Assembly (NCBI GenBank): GCA_017460365.1
Contig: JAFUBE010000786.1
Location: 1-42,767 of the forward strand
Origin: Eggerthellaceae bacterium
GTDB taxonomy: Bacteria > Actinomycetota > Coriobacteriia > Coriobacteriales > Eggerthellaceae
Direction of reading: 5' to 3'
Length of the DNA stretch: 42,767 bases
Positions within the stretch are counted from its first letter, which is position 1, and each line of letters starts with the position of its first letter. The notes beneath the pieces are model-generated. The model made no database searches and had not been told where the DNA came from. It saw only the letters and a program-made list of their open reading frames with translations. Below are positions 8,937 to 15,121 of this stretch, piece after piece. The position numbers and the translations under genes were made by a program.

Positions 8937-9800
8937 TTACACGTCAAAGCGAGTGTGGTAGTCAGTCGTGCATTCGGGCTCGATGTTGTACCCGATGATA
9001 GTGCACGGCATACTCTCATCGCCGTGGTAGAAGCCAGACTTGAACCTTGGCTCAATCATCCCGCCGCGGTCGAGGTCGTTCTGCCAAACGAGCTGGTTGC
9101 CAATGGCAATCTGGTTCGTCTCGACGCCCCAGTCATCGAGCAGCTCGTTGAGGCTAACCGAGTTGTAGTGCTGCCTCTCGTGGTTCACGAAGTTGAAACC
9201 ATGATAGATAGTCTCGATGTTCGCATAGAATGCCGTTCCCGTGAGGAACTCGACAAACAGCGTCGGGTTCGAAGAACCGTCAACGTTCGGGATGGCGGTG
9301 CTCGGCACCGCAGGAAGGGCCTCAGCCCTCCTCGCGTAGACCCTGTCCTCAATCTCGGCAGCCTTCTCCTCGCCGAGAATATCAGTCTGAGCTGCGCTGA
9401 GCTCGTCAAACGCCTTCTTGCTCAGCTCATACGCACCGAGGATGGCCATGTACTTCTCGTGGCCAGCGCGGTTAGACGCAACGATGAATATCCCGGACGC
9501 CAGCGTGGCGATACCTGCCGGGATGAACTCCTTCCAGACAAGCTCGGCCTTGCGGGCGAACGTGAGCTCGGTCCCGTCGTACGCTGGGAGCGTCTCCTCA
9601 AGGCGCTTCTCCTCAGCCGCGAGAATATCATCGGCCTTGTGCATCCCGACCGCAGTCAGGTACACCGCTCCGCCGAGGCTTGCCACAGCGCCACAGGAGA
9701 AGATGTTGGGAAGGTTGTCGACGACGAACTTCTTCGCCTTGTCCTTGTTCTTCAGGACAACGGTGCGGACAGAGTCAAGGTTGATCTGCTTCATGTTCAT
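8937..9800 (-). CDS. membrane protein, paralog family (member 3)
   Basis: The track ORF begins at a TTG (9821). I prefer ATG 9800 (GAGGA about 9 nt upstream); the start is uncertain by up to 7 codons. Two hydrophobic segments, then ...VSLNELLDDWGVETNQIAIGNQLVW... Confidence 0.6.
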   Translation of the reverse strand: MNMKQINLDSVRTVVLKNKDKAKKFVVDNLPNIFSCGAVASLGGAVYLTAVGMHKADDILAAEEKRLEETLPAYDGTELTFARKAELVWKEFIPAGIATLASGIFIVASNRAGHEKYMAILGAYELSKKAFDELSAAQTDILGEEKAAEIEDRVYARRAEALPAVPSTAIPNVDGSSNPTLFVEFLTGTAFYANIETIYHGFNFVNHERQHYNSVSLNELLDDWGVETNQIAIGNQLVWQNDLDRGGMIEPRFKSGFYHGDESMPCTIIGYNIEPECTTDYHTRFDV

Positions 9801-10014
9801 TACACTCATTCCTCTCGTCAATTATCTAGATAGAATCTCTGCAACTTGACTGAACTCTTGTTTGCTTTCGATGTCTCCTTCCGACAACCAGTCGTTGAAT
9901 CGTGTGTCTTCCGATGCCGTTTCTTGACTGCGTCGCCTTGCGTCCTGGAATATCAGCCAGGCGCAAAGTCCGTTGGTCCTTCCATACGCTTCTCCTTTCG
10001 CGTTGGCGCATGCC

Positions 10015-10043
10015 CCCGTAATAGGGGTTGCAGGTGTTGCGAA
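10015..10043 (-). promoter_or_regulatory. promoter repeat copy 3: TTCGCA-N17-TACGGG
   Basis: Minus strand TTCGCAACACCTGCAACCCCTATTACGGGGG, about 215 nt upstream of the 8937..9800 start. Confidence 0.5.
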
Positions 10044-10053
10044 TTCGAAAGCG

Positions 10054-10416
10054 TCATATGGGGCTGTGGTCGAACACCGTCTCCCAGCGCTGCTTCCTCA
10101 TTGGTCTCATGCCGAGGGCGTTCATGACCTGGCGGACAGAATATGTCGGATACAGACCCTCGACGTCGGGCGCGGCGTGTTCGTCGAAGAACTCGCGGAA
10201 ACCGTCTGCGAGGTACAGCTCGTCGACGAGCCAAGGGTCGACCTCATTCCACCACGTACGTCGAGAATGAGGGTCAAATCGTTGCTGTATGACGACAAGA
10301 CCACGGAACCCGTCGGAGTATAAGGTTCCTCGGAGGTATAGCGGGTGCTCACAGTAGTAAGATCGCCCATGCTTCGGCCGCTCCCAAATATCCGGGCGTT
10401 CGTAGTATCTGCTCAT
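10054..10416 (-). CDS. hypothetical Trp/Tyr-rich protein
   Basis: Only the C-terminal 120 aa of the 240-aa track ORF looks like protein (MSRYYERPDIWERPKHG...). The N-terminal half is R/S-rich and overlaps 10472..10852. No clear SD. The start follows a terminator directly. Confidence 0.5.
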   Translation of the reverse strand: MSRYYERPDIWERPKHGRSYYCEHPLYLRGTLYSDGFRGLVVIQQRFDPHSRRTWWNEVDPWLVDELYLADGFREFFDEHAAPDVEGLYPTYSVRQVMNALGMRPMRKQRWETVFDHSPI

Positions 10417-10420
10417 CTGA

Positions 10421-10460
10421 GTAGAGGAAAGAGAAGAGCGCTTGCCTATCTTGCGCTCTC
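10421..10460 (-). terminator. intrinsic terminator after 10472..10852
   Basis: Minus strand GAGAGCGC-AAGATAGGCAA-GCGCTCT(T)C followed by TCTTTCCTCT. Confidence 0.5.
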
Positions 10461-10471
10461 CCCTTTGAGAC

Positions 10472-10852
10472 TTAGAGTGCCCGAATCTTCGGGAACGAGT
10501 TCTTGAGCCACTTGGACACCGAGGAGGTCTCGACGTTCTTCTCTTCGAACTTGCGAGTCTTGTGCATCTCGTACGCCATAAAGAAGGTCCAAACGATGTT
10601 TGTGATGGCTGTCGCGCAAATATCCGCGATGGCTTCACGTCGCCTGCTTTTGTCCTGTTGAGTCCGCTCAATGACCTCAAGGTCTTTGATGTCAGCCTCT
10701 TGAACCCGGCACAGGTCGTTGTCCCTCGCTCTCTCAAGCGTGTCCGCAATATCACTAAGTCGCTGGGCTTCCTCAAGCGCTAGAGAGTCCATGTCAAGCA
10801 TGTCGTCGTAGATACGCTCCAAGACTTTCTCTCTCTTATCCTCAACGCTCAT
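10472..10852 (-). CDS. coiled-coil protein with C-terminal TM segment
   Basis: Start trimmed to ATG 10852 (MSVEDKREKV...), with AAAGGGGTAAGG upstream. Hydrophobic IADICATAITNIVWTFFMAY. Confidence 0.6.
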   Translation of the reverse strand: MSVEDKREKVLERIYDDMLDMDSLALEEAQRLSDIADTLERARDNDLCRVQEADIKDLEVIERTQQDKSRRREAIADICATAITNIVWTFFMAYEMHKTRKFEEKNVETSSVSKWLKNSFPKIRAL

Positions 10853-11150
10853 TTGCCTTACCCCTTTCTTCCTGGTTGCTAAAGCCTCCGTAATACGAGC
10901 TGTCATTTCTGCGATTGCGCTCGTTGGGAAGAGAGAGGTCTGTCTTTTCCACTCGCATGATGATCCAGTGTCTGTTCCAAATATCCTCTGGCATACGCTC
11001 GAACTCGAACACTCCGTTGAACGAGGCCTTGCCGGAGTCATCGATGTGGAAAGTCCCCAATGTCATGCGGCTGATTTGCCTTTTCGCAAAGACGATCAGC
11101 ACGCAGACAAGAGCGACTACTGCCGCCACGATTAGAAGTACGTCGGTCAT
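10842..11150 (-). CDS. signal-anchor membrane protein
   Basis: 102 aa. N-terminus MTDVLLIVAAVVALVCVLIVF. Overlaps the next start by 11 nt. Confidence 0.6.
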   Translation of the reverse strand: MTDVLLIVAAVVALVCVLIVFAKRQISRMTLGTFHIDDSGKASFNGVFEFERMPEDIWNRHWIIMRVEKTDLSLPNERNRRNDSSYYGGFSNQEERGKANER

Positions 11151-11219
11151 CTCTTATCTCCAAATCTGTTGCGTTGTCGAATATCCAGGAGCCAGAAGAA
11201 CTTCCGGTATCGGTCGCGG

Positions 11220-11420
11220 TCATGCATCATCCTCCATGCTATCGCTGTACACAAGAATTGCCCCGATTGGATCTCGCTTCGCCTTGTCACAGTGAGATAT
11301 CAACGCGTCCATGAAATCGAGGGCGATATCCCGTCTCACGAGAAACGACGCAGTGAACTCCACGAAGGCGTCGCCGTAGTCTCTCGTGTCTACGTACTTA
11401 ACGTGCCCGTACTTGCTCAT
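11220..11420 (-). CDS. hypothetical small protein
   Basis: Start trimmed to ATG 11420 (MSKYGHVKYV...), with GAGGAAGGA upstream. ATGA overlap with the upstream stop. Confidence 0.55.
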   Translation of the reverse strand: MSKYGHVKYVDTRDYGDAFVEFTASFLVRRDIALDFMDALISHCDKAKRDPIGAILVYSDSMEDDA

Positions 11421-11605
11421 GCATCCTTCCTCTCTCCCCAAGCGCAGAAGCCATTCGGGTCGCTGATGGTCGAAATCGACTTCTTGCAATAGCTCCCGTG
11501 GATGTTCGTTACGAAATACTTGCAATCCCTGCACCGCACGACCTTCACCCACTCATGTTGAGAAAGCGGATTATGACAGTGCGGGCAGACCACGTACTCG
11601 CTCAT
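11417..11605 (-). CDS. Cys-rich zinc-ribbon-like small protein
   Basis: Start trimmed to ATG 11605 (GGAGGTGGACGC-ATG). MSEYVVCPHCHNPL...RCRDCKYF... contains two CxxC pairs plus two further Cys. Confidence 0.6.
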   Translation of the reverse strand: MSEYVVCPHCHNPLSQHEWVKVVRCRDCKYFVTNIHGSYCKKSISTISDPNGFCAWGERKDA

Positions 11606-11643
11606 GCGTCCACCTCCATGCCACGCTCGTCCATCGTTTACTC

Positions 11644-12384
11644 CTAGTATTCGTAGTAGCACCACTCCGGCATGAAGCTGTATTTGATCTTCCAACGGCC
11701 GTCAGCAAGCTTGGTGTTCGTGATTTCGAGTGGCGGAAGCGTGACGTCTGTCTGGTCCCCGTACCACGTTCCGTGAATATCTTCCATCGCGGCCTTTGAC
11801 CAACCGATTTCAGGACCGAGGTTGGAGTTATAGGTGTCACGGCTCCCCGTTGCAAGGAACAGCAAATCGCACCATGCCACTGGCTTGTCGTCGTTGTACC
11901 GTTCGACTAGCGTTTTCTCTGCTTCGAGAACCTTTTCGTAGGACGCCTCGAACGACATGCCGGTGTAGCTGTCGATAAACGTGGCAATATCATCAGCATG
12001 CTGATACGGCGTGGCGTTTAGAACGCGTTCGGCTCGATTGCGGGCGAACTTCTTGTCAATATCAGTCGCATACTCGCCACAGACTTCATGTTCGTCAACG
12101 GCGTCGCGATAATCGTTGAGCTTCGTGATGAGTCCAGCGCAAGCTGCCGTTAGAGCCGCGACCTCGGCAGACGAGACCTTGGCGTTTGCAATAACAAGCC
12201 CAATAGTCACGGTTCCGGACACGATTGCTGGTGCATAGTTTATGGCGCGCTGCTTTGTCGGTCTGGTGTCATCGTCCTTCTTTGCGCAATAAGCTGCAAG
12301 GACGCCAGTTGCTACAACACCAACGCCAGTAAGAATGGACAGAATCATGGACTTCTTTGTAAAATCGGACTTGTTCTTAGTCAT
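11644..12384 (-). CDS. membrane protein, paralog family (member 4)
   Basis: 246 aa. Two hydrophobic segments (ILSILTGVGVVATGVLAAY; IVSGTVTIGLVIANA), then ...VAWCDLLFLATGSRDTYNSNLGPEIGW... Confidence 0.65.
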   Translation of the reverse strand: MTKNKSDFTKKSMILSILTGVGVVATGVLAAYCAKKDDDTRPTKQRAINYAPAIVSGTVTIGLVIANAKVSSAEVAALTAACAGLITKLNDYRDAVDEHEVCGEYATDIDKKFARNRAERVLNATPYQHADDIATFIDSYTGMSFEASYEKVLEAEKTLVERYNDDKPVAWCDLLFLATGSRDTYNSNLGPEIGWSKAAMEDIHGTWYGDQTDVTLPPLEITNTKLADGRWKIKYSFMPEWCYYEY

Positions 12385-12566
12385 CGCTTTCCCTCTTTCA
12401 ACATCGACTCGACATCACTCACAACGGCATCAATTAAGCCGTCCCTAACCTCGTTCCACGCAAGACCGGTCATGCGGCAAATATCACCCACGAGCCCGGT
12501 AATGCGCGCGCCTACCGCGTTGTAGGCAACCAATCGCTCGGCCAGTTTCCTTTCCTCTGTTGCCAT
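12381..12566 (-). CDS. hypothetical small protein
   Basis: 61 aa. ATGA overlap with 11644..12384, which suggests translational coupling. Confidence 0.55.
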   Translation of the reverse strand: MATEERKLAERLVAYNAVGARITGLVGDICRMTGLAWNEVRDGLIDAVVSDVESMLKEGKR

Positions 12567-12584
12567 ACTTCCCCTTTCTCATTT

Positions 12585-12629
12585 GCAAACAAAAAGGAAG
12601 AGACCGTGTCAAACACAGTCCCCTCCTTC
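12585..12629 (-). terminator. intrinsic terminator after 12646..12840
   Basis: Minus strand GAAGGAGGGGAC-TGTGTTTGACACG-GTCTCTTCCTT followed by TTTGTTTG. Confidence 0.6.
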
Positions 12630-12645
12630 TTGGCCCCAATTCGCT

Positions 12646-12840
12646 TCAATCGACAAAGCGAATCTGTTCGGTCCGGTCCGCGCTGTTGCGGATGTAACGG
12701 CTCTTAATCCTCTTGATGGCCGACCTTGCCTTCTCGTACCCGGCACGCTCGCCGAGCCCGAAGCCAAATATCACGCCAATTCCGATTCCGAAGAACGACG
12801 CCACCATCCACACGCACCAAACGTATACCGCATCAAACAT
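12646..12840 (-). CDS. small membrane protein
   Basis: Start trimmed to ATG 12840 (AAAGGAGAAGTC-ATG). MFDAVYVWCVWMVASFFGIGIGVIFGFGLG... Confidence 0.6.
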   Translation of the reverse strand: MFDAVYVWCVWMVASFFGIGIGVIFGFGLGERAGYEKARSAIKRIKSRYIRNSADRTEQIRFVD

Positions 12841-12870
12841 GACTTCTCCTTTCGTTGTTTGCGGATTGTC

Positions 12871-12899
12871 TCCGTAATACGGCATGCGTAATTTGCGGA
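12871..12899 (-). promoter_or_regulatory. promoter repeat copy 4 (variant TCCGCA-N17-TACGGA)
   Basis: Minus strand TCCGCAAATTACGCATGCCGTATTACGGAG, immediately upstream of 12646..12840. Confidence 0.5.
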
Positions 12900-12949
12900 G
12901 AAAAAGAAGATGGATAGCGCCCGTCGCTGTTACGGAATCGAACCGTAAG
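12900..12949 (-). ncRNA. candidate short RNA / leader with tRNA T-arm-like hairpin
   Basis: Lies between promoter copy 5 and a U-tract. Contains TTACGG-TTCGATT-CCGTAA, then AGCG-ACGGG-CGCT, then TCCATCTTCTTTTTCT. No ORF or SD. Confidence 0.3.
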
Positions 12950-12955
12950 TCCGTC

Positions 12956-12984
12956 TCCATAATGCGACTTGCAAATTTTGCGAA
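12956..12984 (-). promoter_or_regulatory. promoter repeat copy 5: TTCGCA-N17-TATGGA
   Basis: Minus strand TTCGCAAAATTTGCAAGTCGCATTATGGAGAC. No ORF follows before the next terminator and promoter. Confidence 0.5.
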
Positions 12985-13160
12985 TGTAGGAGAATATCTA
13001 CACCGACAGGACCGTTGAATGGCTCGCCAAGGAACTTTCGAAGATTGGGTGATACGAGAACTGTTGAAAACTCGAAATATCCGGGTGTAGTAGTCCACCG
13101 CGACAATTTGCGGGCCTTAGAATGGCTTAGAACAAGCCGTTTACCTGCGGCTTTGTAAAC

Positions 13161-13204
13161 AAGAATAAGAAGAGGGTTTGCCGAAATATCCGTCGCGAAA
13201 ACCC
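13161..13204 (-). terminator. terminator-like hairpin after 13245..13430
   Basis: Minus strand GGGTTT...AAACCC stem followed by TCTTCTTATTCTTG. GCAAACCCTCTTCTT also occurs at about 13840-13860. Confidence 0.45.
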
Positions 13205-13244
13205 AAGAGGACCCGCTTTTCTTACTCAACGGGCCCTCGTAGGC

Positions 13245-13430
13245 TTATACCTGATACAGAACCCTAACCGCACAACGAATCGCCCTTCGCTCGAATCCAA
13301 TTCTGAGGGCATCCTGGATGAGTCGAGTCTGAACCTTGCGAGCTTCGATGTCGCTCGCGTATGGTCCATAGACCTCCTCGCCATTTGGCCAGCCCTTGAC
13401 AAAGATCGTCACGCAATACTGAGAACTCAT
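13245..13430 (-). CDS. hypothetical small protein
   Basis: Start trimmed to ATG 13430 (AAAGGAGCAGAA-ATG). 61 aa, MSSQYCVTIFVKGWPNGEEVYGPY... Confidence 0.6.
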   Translation of the reverse strand: MSSQYCVTIFVKGWPNGEEVYGPYASDIEARKVQTRLIQDALRIGFERRAIRCAVRVLYQV

Positions 13431-13457
13431 TTCTGCTCCTTTCGGTGTTCTACCTCC

Positions 13458-13486
13458 TGCCATAAAAGGAGCTGTAAAACCTGCGA
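13458..13486 (-). promoter_or_regulatory. promoter repeat copy 6: TTCGCA-N17-TATGGC
   Basis: Minus strand TTCGCAGGTTTTACAGCTCCTTTTATGGCAGGAGGTAG. 28 nt from the -10 box to the ATG at 13430, the same spacing as copy 7. Confidence 0.55.
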
Positions 13487-13520
13487 AAAGAAAGAAGACG
13501 CCACGCAAATAATCACGTGG
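13485..13520 (-). terminator. intrinsic terminator after 13540..13782
   Basis: Minus strand GCCACG-TGATTATTTG-CGTGGC followed by GTCTTCTTTCTTTT. Confidence 0.65.
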
Positions 13521-13539
13521 CATCTCCTCTTCGAACGGT

Positions 13540-13782
13540 CTACTGATTGTCGGCCTTCTTACGGTTCCGAAGCTTCTCCTCAACGATTGGCGTGATGGCA
13601 ACGACAACGCCGACAAAGACGCCCGCCAGGAAGAACTTGCCACAGTTGTCCGACCACCCGTCATGATACATCTGGGCGCCGAACCGCATGATGGAGTTCC
13701 TCTGCTCATCGGTTGCGTTCTTCAACAGTTCGTTGACCGTTTCCATTTCTACTTCGCTGATGATGCTCATCTTGTTTGCCAT
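13540..13782 (-). CDS. small protein with C-terminal TM segment
   Basis: Start trimmed to ATG 13782 (AAAGGAGACATC-ATG). 80 aa, ...GKFFLAGVFVGVVVAITPIV... Confidence 0.6.
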   Translation of the reverse strand: MANKMSIISEVEMETVNELLKNATDEQRNSIMRFGAQMYHDGWSDNCGKFFLAGVFVGVVVAITPIVEEKLRNRKKADNQ

Positions 13783-13810
13783 GATGTCTCCTTTCAAGTC
13801 GGCAAACCGT

Positions 13811-13839
13811 CCCGTAAAAGGAGTTGCAAAACCTGCGAA
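13811..13839 (-). promoter_or_regulatory. promoter repeat copy 7: TTCGCA-N17-TACGGG
   Basis: Minus strand TTCGCAGGTTTTGCAACTCCTTTTACGGGAC. Confidence 0.55.
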
Positions 13840-13916
13840 GAAAAAGAAGAGGGTTTGCGGAAATTGCAAAACTAATACTCCTTGCAATCCCTACCCAACC
13901 TCCGTATAAACTTGCT
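13838..13916 (-). ncRNA. candidate short RNA / attenuator leader
   Basis: Lies downstream of promoter copy 8. Long imperfect hairpin GGGTAGGGATTGCAA-loop-TTGCAATTTCCGCAAACCC followed by TCTTCTTTTTCTT. Has no ATG-initiated ORF, but an SD-preceded TTG at 13887 opens an in-frame N-terminal extension of 13540..13782 (the 115-aa track ORF). Confidence 0.3.
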
Positions 13917-13922
13917 TTCCTT

Positions 13923-13951
13923 CTCATAAGAGGACCGGCAAGTTTTGCGAA
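13923..13951 (-). promoter_or_regulatory. promoter repeat copy 8: TTCGCA-N17-TATGAG
   Basis: Minus strand TTCGCAAAACTTGCCGGTCCTCTTATGAGAAGG. Confidence 0.5.
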
Positions 13952-13995
13952 AAATCCCCGCCGGGAAAAATTTGAACTTCGAATCTTGAACTTTG

Positions 13996-14049
13996 TGTAG
14001 GAACGAGCGATGTAGGAATGATGTAGAAGTAATGCAAGAATATCCTACA
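13996..14049. repeat. cluster of TGTAGGA boxes (direct and inverted)
   Basis: TGTAGGA at 13996 and 14011, TGTAGAA at 14022, inverted TCCTACA at 14043. Further TGTAGGA copies at 14186 and 12985. Confidence 0.6.
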
Positions 14050-14087
14050 ATCGGCCGCTTTTACCGACGACTAATGGCTATTAAGTC

Positions 14088-14170
14088 CGCAGGTAGACAT
14101 ACATATGCCAAGGTGTGCGGAGCAGGCCTCAACTACTGGCGGTAATCATACAGACCATCGTCTACCTGCG
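14088..14170. repeat. 11-bp perfect inverted repeat with 61-nt spacer
   Basis: CGCAGGTAGAC at 14088-14098 pairs with GTCTACCTGCG at 14160-14170. Confidence 0.7.
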
Positions 14171-14234
14171 CAAATATCCGTCCGATGTAGGAGCGGTGTA
14201 TCAACCAACGACCATGGTTCACCACGAAGCGTAA

Positions 14235-14268
14235 CGCCCCTCCCCGATTTTTGAACCGAGGAGGGGCG
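14235..14268 (-). terminator. GC-rich hairpin ending the late/lysis transcription unit
   Basis: CGCCCCTCC-N16-GGAGGGGCG, about 95 nt downstream of the stop of 14363..14692. The U-tract is weak. Confidence 0.4.
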
Positions 14269-14362
14269 CGTCATTGCCGTGCGCATGCAAATATGACTGA
14301 GAAAGGAGGCGGAAAGGCAGTCAAGGAAGGAGAAGGGGAAGGCGCAGCGCACGACGGATGAC

Positions 14363-14692
14363 CTAAGACTTGAAGTCCTCGCTCGAAGAACGAATCGGCA
14401 AGCGGTCTACCTCAGCCATGATCTTCGTGGCCGAACCGTTACCGCCTGCGTCGTGGTATGGCTCGTAGAGATATGTTCTGAAGTTCTCGTATTCATCGGC
14501 AGTGATGCTGCCCTGGTGAATATACTGCATGCCAAGGGTCATGATTCTGTCGTGAGCGAGGCCAATTAGCAGTCTGTTTGTTGCGCTGTTCTTGTCTTGC
14601 CGGTGCATCCACCACGTCCAAAATCCGTTGGAGGCGATGACTGCGCAGACAACGGTTAGAACCATGTTGACAATGGGGTTGAGTTCGACCAT
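14363..14692 (-). CDS. membrane-anchored protein
   Basis: 109 aa. N-terminal TM IVNMVLTVVCAVIASNGFWTWW. Confidence 0.6.
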   Translation of the reverse strand: MVELNPIVNMVLTVVCAVIASNGFWTWWMHRQDKNSATNRLLIGLAHDRIMTLGMQYIHQGSITADEYENFRTYLYEPYHDAGGNGSATKIMAEVDRLPIRSSSEDFKS

Positions 14693-14707
14693 GCAGCATC
14701 ACCGACT

Positions 14708-15109
14708 CTAAGCCTGACGCCTGATGAACAGCGTTGGCGATTCCACGACGACTTCGGCCGTTCCAGTGTTCGTGACGGTCACCGTCTCCGGGCCGCAGCA
14801 GCACGTGCGAACGGCGGTGTTCTTGGCGACGTTGTTGAGGTCGCCAGAGGCCGCGGTGGTCGAGACCATGGTTGTCTCGATGAGCGGCGAGCCGTTGATA
14901 TCAATCGCAAGCTGCGCGGGTCCAGGCACCGAGGCGCCGATGTTCGCGCTGAAATGCACGTTGTAAATGGCCTGCTGCTGGCGAAGGATGACCGAGCCCG
15001 TGTTCGGGCGATGGCACTCGGCGCAACCGGTGTGGAGAAACACCGTGTTAAATGTAAGTGACTGACCAGGCGCAAGCGTCTGGCTAGCCGTGTTAGTCAG
15101 AATAATCAC
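14708..15109 (-). CDS. BclA C-terminal-domain-like (C1q/TNF-like jelly roll) protein, tentative
   Basis: 133 aa. GTG start with GGGGA 8 nt upstream. By eye the motif order matches the BclA CTD: LTFNTV ... IYNVHFSANIG ... LAIDINGSPL ... LFIRRQA. Contains a CCC cluster. Confidence 0.4.
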   Translation of the reverse strand: MIILTNTASQTLAPGQSLTFNTVFLHTGCAECHRPNTGSVILRQQQAIYNVHFSANIGASVPGPAQLAIDINGSPLIETTMVSTTAASGDLNNVAKNTAVRTCCCGPETVTVTNTGTAEVVVESPTLFIRRQA

Positions 15110-15121
15110 TTACATCATCCC

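Noticed and set aside
9826-10011. 61-aa ORF in the leader upstream of 8937..9800
   Set aside because: It is an Arg-rich translation with no SD, and it overlaps the mini-ORF and a promoter copy.
10417-10776. N-terminal half of the 240-aa ORF 10054..10776
   Set aside because: It is an Arg/Ser-rich translation that overlaps the better-supported gene 10472..10852 in another frame. Only the part from ATG 10416 looks like a real protein.
12900-12960. Possible tRNA gene, suggested by GGTTCGATTCC
   Set aside because: Only a T-arm-like hairpin is present. I could not pair an acceptor stem (the 3' ACAGCGA has no 5' partner) or an anticodon arm, and the upstream sequence is a promoter copy. It is kept as a T-arm mimic or tRNA-fragment finding instead.
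12930-13229. 99-aa ORF in the 12.9-13.2 kb gap, plus the 68-aa ORF 14146..14352 and the 73-aa ORF 13706..13927
   Set aside because: None has an SD. They run through promoter copies, hairpins and U-tracts, and their composition looks non-protein-like. The regions are treated as non-coding.
13540-13887. Longer forms of the small genes (115-aa 13540..13887 and 154-aa 13245..13709), whose N-terminal extensions look similar (FFFFAGFATPF / FFLFAGFTAPF)
   Set aside because: The similarity is simply the translated promoter repeat in the same frame. Strong AAAGGAG sites precede the internal ATGs at 13782 and 13430.
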